A stretch of DNA of 61,853 bases, counting the filler, from Porpidia crustulata (taxonomy: Eukaryota), in NCBI GenBank assembly GCA_964255105.1. It is 9 parts of 9 records of this genome, joined end to end, with 100 filler letters (N's around TTAATTAATTAA, not from the genome) between each part and the next. Parts side by side here need not be neighbours in the genome. Positions count along the whole stretch, not along the records: positions 48,250 to 55,008 come from CAXUWE010001462.1; positions 55,109 to 61,853 come from CAXUWE010001463.1; 7 more parts are not named here. One strand, given 5' to 3'. A model generated the notes under the pieces. The model was not told the DNA's origin. It was given only the letters and a program-made list of their open reading frames with translations, and did no database searches. Numbering within the stretch: the first letter of the stretch is position 1; each line of letters opens with the position of its first letter. Positions 49,790 to 61,853 of the stretch are shown here, piece by piece. Made by a program: the position numbers and the translations under genes.

Positions 49790-52416
49790 GATGGAAAGCG
49801 TAGATGAACACTTGGCCTGTAGAAAGGTGTGAAGATGGAGTATGTAGAGACTGGACAGAACAAGAGAGTGTTTTGATCTATGAAATAACAGTTTTCTGGG
49901 TGAGTGCACTTATATACATCTCTGATATCTTGTCTATCTTAATTCTTGTGGGGCAGTACTGTCGCGGACGTGTACATTCATACTTTCACACAAGCCGTGT
50001 GACCTATCGCCCTGAATATAGGGTGGTATTCGGCTACACAGTCCAGTCTTCGTCTCTTTTAGGCTCGAATTGCATTGGGTGAGTGGAAAACATCGTGTCC
50101 CCACAGATTTGAGCGAGAGATTAGGTAAGGATGCCATCACAGTGTAGATGTAGTCTAGGAAGATCGATTCTCAAGCACCTTCTTGACGAAGAATTGCAAA
50201 GGGGCAGAGGGGCAAAAAATGATTCAATTCCCGCCGATTCTCTGGGGGTTTCAAGGCCGTCAATACGCCCAATAGGGTACTTTCATCTCAATGGAAACGA
50301 ATCGCCGGTGCACGTAGAGGCAAGCAGTAGGGCCAGATACTGTGGGGGCCTCGATTGAAAGTCCTCTGGAGCCTGCTACGAGGGAACATTGTTCGTTGCG
50401 AGTTATTAGGTCTATTGACTCTTCGGGAATAGCTGCTGTTCAATGGGGCGGCACCAAGGTACCCGTACGAGGATTCGTCAGCTACTCCGACCTCTGTCTT
50501 CGGTCTTCGCTTCTTCAATCCCAATTTTTTCCATGTATTCCGTGTTCTGAGGGGGAATGGTCAGGGACGTAAGGTAGATCTATACGTTTCACGATGTACA
50601 GGCATGCGGGCGGGAAAGAAATCCATACCGCAAAACTCGACCTTCATCAATACAAATCAGATTTGATGATTGTTTCACGAAGATTTTTCGATGAATCTAT
50701 GTAGTCTGACAGCGTGTCGTTTCAATCTTGTTTTTTGCGTTCATCGTCCCTTAATTTCGTAGCGTTCAGGTGATATGTGCTACAGATGCAGTAGTAAATT
50801 TGAAGGTGTGAATGGGGGATCGATATTTGCGATATGGATTTTTTTCTTGCCCGCGTGACAGGATCCTAGCATCTGGATTCCTTGTCTTGAGAATTAAGCG
50901 AACACCATTTTGATAAACAATCTAGCACTCAGGTACACAGTGTGGTTGGTTCATCTTGGATGATTGTTGATCGTTGCGAAGGGGACCTGCAGTAGGACAG
51001 ACCCATTATCCCGGTCTTCAAGGAACGTGGAGACTTCCATGGCCCCAGTGTGAGTGGATCTAGGAGCGCTTAATCCCGCTCCTTATGACAGTGTTTCATC
51101 GCGACCTCAGGACCTTATGCTCTTCCTCCTCTACTCTCCTCGCATGGAAGGATGGGTCGGAATGTGAGGAGTGTTCAGGACACTCTGGAGTCAGTCGTAC
51201 TCTCTATCCTGGGGAAAAGTCTTGTATGATCGAACAGAGGAAGTGAGGTATCCCTCACTTCCAGACTGGTGGACGACGAGATGAGGTACAGTTGCGACCC
51301 AGCGGCAGAGATGGCCCCCAACCAACGCCCCGATACATCCTCGTAGGGCTTCGGAGACTTCCACCTCAAGAGCCTCGGTAGAATACATAGAAAAACCCTA
51401 CTATTAGTTCACCCTTGTCGCTCACAAACCACATTCCTATCCGACGATACCACAAGTGCTTTGTGAGGTCAAATGATAGCGCTGTGACAACTGAGATATC
51501 TGAAATACGTTTGAGCTTGCTCTGTAGAGCTAAGTGTTGAACATGTCTTACGCTTCGAAGCCGTACAATTCGACCCGAGTATGTCATACTTGGTTGTCTC
51601 AAACCGGACGTCCGGATTCCTCTGGGCGAAAGAGATACTACTAATCTCGTAGTGAAAAGCCATACATATGACGACTCGTTCGCTCGCCCGAAAGATGATC
51701 TTGATCACAATGATCAGTAATATCTTCTGCTAGATAGTCCGTTGTAGATAGCACAATCTCATGGAGTGTCTCGTCTATGCCAGAAGTCTCGTTGCATAGC
51801 CGTCGTGCTTTTCTCAGTATTGATAGTCATGATCTGCAAGTTCGAATTCGGCAAAGCAGTCGCCGCTGTCAAGGTAATTCATTGAATCACCCTAGACCTT
51901 TAGCCACCAAGTAATTCCCAAGCAATTCAACATTGTGAGAAACGGACATGAACGAGGACGGTGTTGTAACACTGTAGTCTAGGTACAGATGGGGTTGAAA
52001 CTGAGCGGCTCAGGCAAGGCTTTATTGGTTCTCTAGGGGGCGGCTAAGTAGGCTGCTCTAAGCCACATTCTGCTTGGGTGTGACTGTGCATGACATGAGC
52101 CACGAAGCCCAGGCCTCAGCTCAGCTTCTCTGTATGACAGTCTGCGAACCTGTAGAAACCTCTGCAACATTCTTTTCACAATGTGTCATATCATGTCATG
52201 TCAACACCTTCTTTCACTGTACACATAATCTGCATCTTCATCACGCAATGTGTTTGCTGCGGACCCTCTCAACTTGAAACTCGGCGTTGATACTCCGGTG
52301 CCTCAGTATCTAGGTCTTCCTTACCTGTTCATACCTCAAATCTTTGCTAAAACTTCTGACCAGACAGCGTTCTCGGTGTTCCACTCATTCTCAGTCAATC
52401 AACGTGAAATCCACAC

Positions 52417-54202
52417 ATGATGCTTAGCGCTGTTGATTTGCCCATACCTTCCACCACCCAATGTCCTACGACGGTTCCGAGCTCGGCAAAAGAAACCGTC
52501 CGCAGAATTGCTTCAAAGTCCTACAGACCAAAACGACAACCTGAAGATGACATTTCCTTACGGCCTCTCTTCATACCAGCCTCTCCTGTTATTTCGCCCC
52601 ACATTCCTACCTTGCCTCCAATTCCCCCGTTGGAGACACACGCACATACTATTTCCTTCACCGAACTACCCTCTGAAATATCCGAAGAAATCGTCAGCTT
52701 CCTTGTTGGTGACCTAGGTCCGACAAACACAGGGATATCAGGGGGGAATCATGGAACAAGAAATTGGAGCATTGCGATGCGTCATCCAAGAAGGAAGCAA
52801 CTATCCGACCTAGCCTTGGTATCAAAATCATGGAGGTGCTTAATACAGGAGAGACTGTACCGGCATAGTAAGCTAATGGAGCTGAAGTATGGCCAGGCAT
52901 GCGCTGATCTAAAGCACAGTCAAAGTAAAGGGCACCAAAGCCGAAATGGAACAATGCGGGGAGTGGTTCTTGACTCATGCCCATCTGCAACCGTATGTTC
53001 GCCATATCGAATTTTGGGTATCAGTTTGGGAGATGAAGGCGAGCGCAAAGCAGCCACATTTCCTACCGAACAATTCTCAGCAATCCCTTTACTTCCCAAT
53101 CAGCACAAATTCACCGCTTAGTCCTGTCGTTGCAGACGGTGCCAATAATCTTAGTATGGCTTACCAGCTATCGTCACACAACGCTACCCTAGAGGAGATG
53201 TTTGCGTGTGCGCAGGGATTGTTCCCGGAGGCATGCTGCGTGACCATCGAAGGCGGCCACTGTAAGAAGCCTCCTAGGATCCAGCATTTTCGGAATCCTA
53301 GTCTCACAACAACTATGTCTTCAAGTCAAGCGAATCCTCTACGACTTCTTTCAAAGTCTCGGAACCGCCTACCGATCCTTCCCAACATTACCACGCTTGT
53401 TCTTAAAGGCGCTTGGAACATCATCCGCCAAGATTCCGACTTTGATACCATTGCTCGTGCTGTCCCAAATCTCCGAGAATGGCACTGCGCTTATGCAAAA
53501 CCCAAGACCGAGTCTTATAATGCCATGTGTGCCATCCTTAAGAATTTCCCCCGCCCAATCAACCATATCAACATCTGTCATGAAGGTCTTTATGGCAAAC
53601 AATCCTTCGATCTACCAAAATGGCGTAAAGCCTACCCAGCCAACCATATCTGTCAGAATCTCGGTCGCTTAGCACCACAGTTCGAAAGTCTCAGCTACAC
53701 CGGCCGTATCTGCAGCTGCCTTTTCTCCACAGCCGTCAACGCCTTGAAGAACGAGCGTGATAATTCGCGGCTGAAATCAATAGATTTGATCGTCAAGAAT
53801 TGCTGTCGCGACGGCACGGCCTGGGATGATACCACGGGCATCTACAGCTGGGCCTTTATAAAACTCTTCACCGCCCTTGTCGTCGCCGCCGTCCGCTGTT
53901 TGAAAGTCTATCCCGCACTAATCTCCCTCCGCATCCGCTTCATCGACCTGGACTCCCCGTGTCCGCTCCTGAACCCCTATTTCCACCTCAAAGGCGACAC
54001 CGTCTCCGGCATCTGGAACGACGAGATTCTGTCCTTGCTCAAGGACGCGAGGCCAGGCGCGGCGTACGAAGGATTGGGACTGGTCGATGGTCTCGGTGGC
54101 GCGGAAGGCATAGGCGACGGGAGGGAGCTGAGGAGTAGACCGAAGAGTATTTGCGTGCAGACTTATGCCGCGCTGGCCGAGGGCGGGACCGGGAGTCTTT
54201 GA
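52417..54202 (+). CDS. F-box domain protein; exons 52417-52867 and 52920-54202
   Basis: FTELPSEISEEIVSFL...LSDLALVSKSWRCLIQERLYRHIKVKGT across a GTAAGC..GCTGAT..CAG intron; LRR-like units (ITTLVLKGAWN, LREWHC). Confidence 0.8.
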
Positions 54203-54624
54203 AGAATACGTTCGTCTCGCACGGGACGTTTTGGGGAGTGCATAGGCGCTGAAGTCCAAGGAAACGGTCGGGTTTGTTCGGTCATATTGTTTATTTGTGA
54301 GCAAGGAGGCCGGCATGCGAGGAGTTCTTAATATTGGGCGCAGGAAGGGGAGAAAAAGTTGCACCAGGGGAGGTAATATACCAGGCGTTGTGATTTTTCC
54401 ATCGGATTGCATTGCTGGGGCTCGTGTTGGCTGGGCGCTTGCATGGTTTTGGGGGTTAATTAGGGAGGAGCGTGAATTTAAATCAGCATTGATAAATGCA
54501 AGCGTAATGAAAAAGACGTTGGAGATGTGATTTGTTATTCCGAACGAATTTTGCTGCTTCGTCTCACCTTTCATTAATCGCTCTCTTTCTTATATCTTTC
54601 CATTGATTTAGATTTCCTTTCGAA

Positions 54625-54657
54625 TTCTTCTTCTTCTTCTTCTTCTTCTTCTTCTTC
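54625..54657. repeat. (TTC)11 microsatellite within a pyrimidine-rich tract
   Basis: Eleven perfect TTC units counted. Confidence 0.9.
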
Positions 54658-55008
54658 TTTTTCCTCTTCCTCTCTCCCCCCTCCTCAACCCCATTTAAAA
54701 AAAAACAAAAAAACCAAAAAAACAATCTTCCATCATAGCCCACAATCCTCATATATCACAATCATTTCCATTCTATATTTCATTCCTCCTTTTTCCTTTC
54801 ACTTCACTCCACTTATCCTCTTCCTTTTTCCTCCCCTTCCCCTCATTGGGAACGTTCACCCACATCCACCGCATCCATCGCATCCATCATTCCAGCCCCT
54901 ATATCCCCCACGCACCCTTGCTTCTTGCCTCTTTCCCTTCCTATCTCTCTCTCCGTCCCTTCTCGCGTCACGGGAAAGGAAGTTTCTGGATGCGAAACAG
55001 TATGAATC

Positions 55009-55108
55009 NNNNNNNNNNNNNNNNNNNNNNNNNNNNNNNNNNNNNNNNNNNNTTAATTAATTAANNNNNNNNNNNNNNNNNNNNNNNNNNNNNNNNNNNN
55101 NNNNNNNN
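55009..55108. other. Artificial contig spacer
   Basis: N44-TTAATTAATTAA-N44. Confidence 0.99.
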
Positions 55109-55328
55109 TTACAATGACTTGAGGGCTTGTGCATTCATTGTCAAGTATGGGTCTGGTATCGTTATCGGTCTTTGAGTCTATTTTCGATATTTGACGGTAT
55201 TTGTGAATTGACTATGGTACAAGACCATCTAATCCCTTTTCGCTTTTGCCCAAGGTCCGGAACTCCTGCGCTGTCTTCCCTCGCCGATCCTTAACGTACA
55301 TTTCTACTCATAGCCCACAACCCACCGC

Positions 55329-56842
<1,514 letters not shown>

Positions 56843-58001
56843 AGTGAAAACAGGAGACACAATGTGGTCCTAATTCTTAATTGTCCGAACGCGTTTGGAG
56901 CTCCTCTGACATAAATCACGAAACGGCAAGGATGCATACAAGCGGGGGTTTAGCCTCGATACTTTACCGAAGCGATTCCCGTACGCTTCCTCGGCTTGTG
57001 CGCTTAATCTGTCACTTCATTCGCTTTGTATATCTTGAGCCAGGCTTTGAACCCAAGTATGAAGATGTATTTACCCGACTTTAGATGCATTGAGTCCGTA
57101 TCAAAACATGAGCGCAAAATACATAGCATATCCATCAGAGCTGTGAATATTTAAGGCCAATCAATCACTTGGGTAGCATGTAAGATTAGCTCTTAGTCGA
57201 CTCTCTACTTCGTATCACATCTGCCAAATCGATCTATCGTATCATCCGTGCTTACTGCAGCGTCCTTGACACCCCGTCGGCAGAATACATGCTTGTACCG
57301 GATCATAATTAGAACCACGTCGGCCTCCTGGATCGACTTCGCCGTCGCCTCATGCTGTGGTCGGCGGATGCCTTTTTTATCAATCCGGACCATGCAGTAC
57401 CTCAAGTCGGTCGTGATTACAAGGCTGGAACCACTACATTATTAACTATCCGATGTTAACGTTGGCTGACCCTTACCTAGCCTGAAAACGTCATACTACT
57501 CCCTACCTACCTTTTCTACACAATTATCTTACAAGCATATCCTGATGAAGAAATCCCAGGACTACGAGCATGCGGTATTTGGGGTATCTCTGGGAGAATT
57601 TGATAGTCGACCATATTTCCTCTGATTTTCCCCTGTTTTGATCGTCCAATCAGTCTTGCAGTTCCCGTATGAAGTTGATCTGTTAAGGCTGGGTAAGGGG
57701 CAGCTCCCAGAACGCAGAAGAGTTAAGAATAGGCGAGTAGGTACATGGATACAGGGTTAAGGCGGCTACCCAATTGGTCAGTAGCCGAGGACACGGACCA
57801 TATGCGGCATGCCGATCCCCCGCCGCAAAGTCGGCGGGGATCCTTTCCTGATTGGACGATGGCATGTAAATAATATGCAGAAATATCATTTGGGCTGTCA
57901 CATCGTAACGCGTTCAAGAAATAATAAATCTGATTTAATTCACTCTTTCCTTTCCCCTTCCCCCCTTAATACCCTGCTCTTGGTCGTTCAACCCCTCGAG
58001 A

Positions 58002-61000
58002 ATGTCTAGTAGGAGCCACCGAGACGGAGACGCCGATCACCTACCATCCGAAACGCGCCCTCCATATCGGAATCTCTCATGGCGCAAGAGACCTGCCGCC
58101 GATGATTGTTTTAACAAGCACGACCAGAAGAGGGTCGACCGTCGTCCAGTGCCGTTGAGAACCACTGCAGACACTTACTATCCTTCTTACCCCGATTCCC
58201 CTGCGGATAGTCGACATCCCACTCGATCCCCATCTACTACAGCAACACATGTAAACACTCAGCCAAAGTTTGATACCCACCTCACTCACTGAATCTTCGC
58301 AGAACGGGGTCCAGTACGATCAAAATGACGACTTCGCCGCACGGAGCAAATCTGTGAACATCCACCCAGACCGTCTTCGTACCAATTTTCAAAGCTCAGC
58401 GAGTAATCGGCAGACTGGAGAAACGTCGTTGATCCCAACCAGCATATCACCAACTTTTCCTGACAGCCCCAAGCTGAATGAATATGACACAAGAGGCAAG
58501 TCTTTCTACGCCGATGATGTTCCTACTTAAATGCCACAACCGTTGTGCTCACTCCCATGAAGTTCTCATACGTTCTAATAGTTCGTTGTTGCTGACGGCT
58601 GAAACAGATCCTGGACCTCCACCTCCCTCTACAGGCCTCGCTCGCATCGAGCGCCCGACTCTCGATCGTGTCAACACTGAGCCAAGTTCTAGTGACCGAC
58701 TGATGAGGACGGATGCAAGTCCAGACCAAAATATGGCTCCTCCATCGGAAGATCGGCGCAGCATCACGACGTATTCGACTTCTAGACGGCGTTTGAGCGC
58801 CTCAACGTTCAAGAGCCTGCCTACGCCGACGACTGCTACGCCAAAGAATTCCGTTGCGTCAAGCCGCTCAAAATCTATTGCGGAGGATTTTGCTCGGTAC
58901 ACTCAGCTTGTCGTGAACACCGCAGCACAGACGGTTCACCGAGATGCTGTCAGGACAAGAGTTGAGAAACAGAGCACTGAAAAAGACAGATGGCAGAAAC
59001 ACTATCGTGGTTTTGCTACCATGGCCGAGGAACAGACGAGGCAGCTGAAAAAGTCCGAAGCGTCATCGAAATATTTAGAAGACTCGTTGAAAGAAATCGA
59101 GAAGGCTCAAGCGAGATCGATTGAAAACATAGCTTCAACCATGTCAGTAGCTGATAACTGTAAATCGGCACCTGCACTCGAGGACAGCACCCAGAAAGAC
59201 ATGGCAACTCTATGGGAAGAATTCGTTGCCACTAGAAGAACGGTCTGGACACTCGACAATATGATGCAGGATATGATGCGCACGAACGGCAAGGTGAATG
59301 GTCGATTGGAGGAACTATTGCAGGAAGTCCGTTGCGACTATGTTAGCAAACAGACATTCACCGCCGCTGAGTCCATTCTAGCTGAAGCTGCTGTAAATAT
59401 CCACGAATCGCAAGCCTCTTCGATGGAACATAATGAGCTCAAAAATCAGGTCTCAGATCTGCGAAATCAATTTGTATCTATGACTGCCTTTGAAGGTCAT
59501 GACACGCTTATTGACCGGGTTCTTAAGATTGAAGACAAGCTGAATCGTTTAGACAATGTCGATTTCCACCGAGCGAGAGAGGAAGTCATTAAAGTGTCTG
59601 CGGATGCCGTCGCTAGAGAAGCAAGCAGCCAGCAATTAAAGGAAAAGCTTGAATCACATGTGCAAGAATTTCAAACTTGGAAAGCCGAAGTCACTGAGCA
59701 TATAGAGAAGAGTCAGGAATTGAATGATTTTGTGACTGGCGACAAAAACTCCTTGTACGACATGGTACAAGAAGGTATTAAGAAAAGTAATAAACATGCT
59801 GATGCTTTACAAAACCTCAACAACGAATTGGGTGAATTTGATATTCTCAAAGAAGAAATCAGAAACATTCGCGGGAGCTTGACCAGATTGAACGCTCATC
59901 CACCGAATCAGTCTCCAAACCTGTCTGATCACAAGCCCTCAGGAAGTCCAGAAGCTCATCTACCGGATCAGTCTCCAAACTTATCTAATTTCAAGTCCTT
60001 AGGGAGTCTAGATATCGAAGTAGCAATCCTTAAAGCGGATGTTGCGAGGATTGCAAGAGAGCAACAAGCAAAGGACGATATGATGGCTGAGGAAGTCGAT
60101 CGGCTGGCCAATCTTCTAAGTGCGAAGAACACCGAGATTGAGCGACTGAGCATGCGACTAGATGGACAAGACACTCTAATCAACGATCGTACCAGTCAGA
60201 TCTCAAATCTGCAATCACACGTAAACGGAATTCGACTTCCGGAAGGTTCAGCACTTCGTCCAAAGATGGAAGAGTTGGAAACAAGCTTGAAGCAGTTTAA
60301 AGACTTTTCATTGGAGAAAATGTCCAACACGGAGACCTTTGTGATAAGTCAGGAACAGAGGTTTAACAATCTTACGACTGAGCCAATGGCGAGATCTATT
60401 ATCAATCAGATGCAGAGGCTTTATCCTCCTCATCCGGGAACTCTCATGGCCGACATAAATCAGATCAAAGGACATCAGCAGGCGTTGCATGATCTCTGGG
60501 CCATGCTAGATCGTAGGATGCAAGTCATTAGCGACTACGTGGGCTCAAGTGATGAGCTTTCACCTCAGAAACACACTATCCCAGATCTGCAAGCAGCATT
60601 GAGAACAGTATCTAATAAGATTGACGGGATGTCACAGTTACATCAGAGCTCGTCATCATTCATCAAAGAGACAAACGCCCTCGTTCTTGATCACTCTACT
60701 AAAATCGAGCGGTTCGAGACCGATATCAGTAGCATGAAAAATGAACATCTCTCTGCGATCGAAGCTTCCAAAGCTGATCTCCAAGCCATTAAAGCTAACG
60801 TCAACGAAGTCGAAGCCGCCACGATACAGGAGTGCTCGAACCTCATGAGCGAGATCACCACCCTAAGCGAGCAAGTCCAGCGCATGCCCGGCTCGCAAAC
60901 CCACCGCAACGCCTCCACCACTAAAGATGCGAAGTCCCACCCCTGCGCTGACAATGACTCTGACATTCCCGTCTCCTCCCCCGCCCAATCATCCAACAAG

Positions 61001-61234
61001 CTTCGCCGTTCTAAACACCACCTCCAACTTAACGAATCGGAAGACGATGCATACTCGCCGTCTCGGCACCGCGCCGGTTCCGTCCGTAGCGCAGCGAGCG
61101 CGGCAAAGGTGAAGCTGGCCAGCACGGCCGTGACTGTCAACGGAAACGGTCAGGACGCATCGCCGCCGGCGAAGAAGGCGAGAAAGAAGAGGGATAGGAG
61201 CGAGGGCGAAGAGAGCGAATGGTGCCCTAATTAA
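58002..61234 (+). CDS. Large hypothetical coiled-coil protein with a C-terminal NLS; exons 58002-58250, 58303-58495, 58608-61234
   Basis: Long heptad-rich ORF; PPAKKARKKR near the C-terminus; two phase-compatible introns (GT-AG and GC-AG) join three ORFs. Confidence 0.75.
59894..60013 (+). repeat. In-frame 60-nt tandem duplication
   Basis: AHPPNQSPNLSDHKPSGSPE / AHLPDQSPNLSNFKSLGSLD; units start at 59894 and 59954. Confidence 0.85.
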
Positions 61235-61853
61235 GTCGATCGCGGAGATCAGGAGTTTCTCGTTCGGGAAACCTAGGGGACTAGATTTGAGTCGCTTTGG
61301 TGTGTGGGTGAGTGGGGATTTACCGTCCCAAACGGTCTCCGAGGAATACTTACGATGAAGGTCCTGAGTGCGGATGATGGAGGTGTGAACGTTTAGACAC
61401 TTAGATACCCGCTTTCTAGCAGCAAGTCGTGGTGTAGATATGTTTGCCTCTGTAGCTGACGATGCCAGAACACCACGGTTGGACGGGGCCAAGCTCATAC
61501 AGTTTTAATCTATATTTTTAAGGCACGATTGTTCATGAACTTGAGCGTCTCGAACGTGACTCAAAGCTTCTTTTTTTGATTTCATTTATCCGACTGGTAT
61601 GGGTTGACTGTATAGTTTTACTACTCGAGATTCGTCCGAGTTGAGTTTCCGTTATATCCATGAAACGAGATGGAGTGATAATTTTTCCCCATACGATATC
61701 TGGAGAACCGGATCAAAAGGCCCCCGATGAGCTTTTTCGGAGGAGGTCAGAAGGGCCGGTGGGGTTTTTGTATGGGTAGGTGAGTGAGAGGCGGGAGGAG
61801 GGAAGGAAGGGAGGGAAGAAAGGAAAGAAGTGGGGGAAGGATGGGAGGAAAGG

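Noticed and set aside
54564..54752. Poly-Lys ORF
   Set aside because: Translation of the (GAA)n microsatellite.

Overview
Eukaryotic, intron-containing DNA from a filamentous ascomycete (Pezizomycotina; a lichen-forming Lecanoromycete is plausible but only inferred). The window is not one locus. It is nine unrelated contigs (6806, 6801, 6800, 6797, 6793, 6779, 6773, 6759 and at least 6745 bp, i.e. sorted by length) joined by artificial 100-bp spacers (N44-TTAATTAATTAA-N44), so gene neighbourhood is meaningful only within a contig. Recognisable genes: a stand-alone Rib2-type deaminase, DUS1, a uridine/purine nucleoside hydrolase, a CCCH+Smr protein, MDM38/LETM1, ADK2, IRE1 (3'-truncated), CCT2, LCB1, sideroflexin, tRNA-Arg(UCG), a GH5 endoglucanase and RVB2. 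Also present: two F-box proteins, two NTF2/SnoaL-like proteins, a DUF6536-like membrane protein, several secreted hypotheticals and a long coiled-coil protein. The most interesting signals are: (1) an in-frame alternative 5' splice donor that would insert a 34-aa cassette with 11 Trp into an NTF2-like protein; (2) a CUG-initiated, mitochondrial-presequence-like N-terminal extension of DUS1; (3) an 8-nt micro-exon plus a GC-AG intron inside the catalytic motif of the nucleoside hydrolase; (4) related TA-flanked Tc1/mariner-pogo-like termini (MITE-like) at two contig ends. Exon boundaries were read by eye and no database searches were run.
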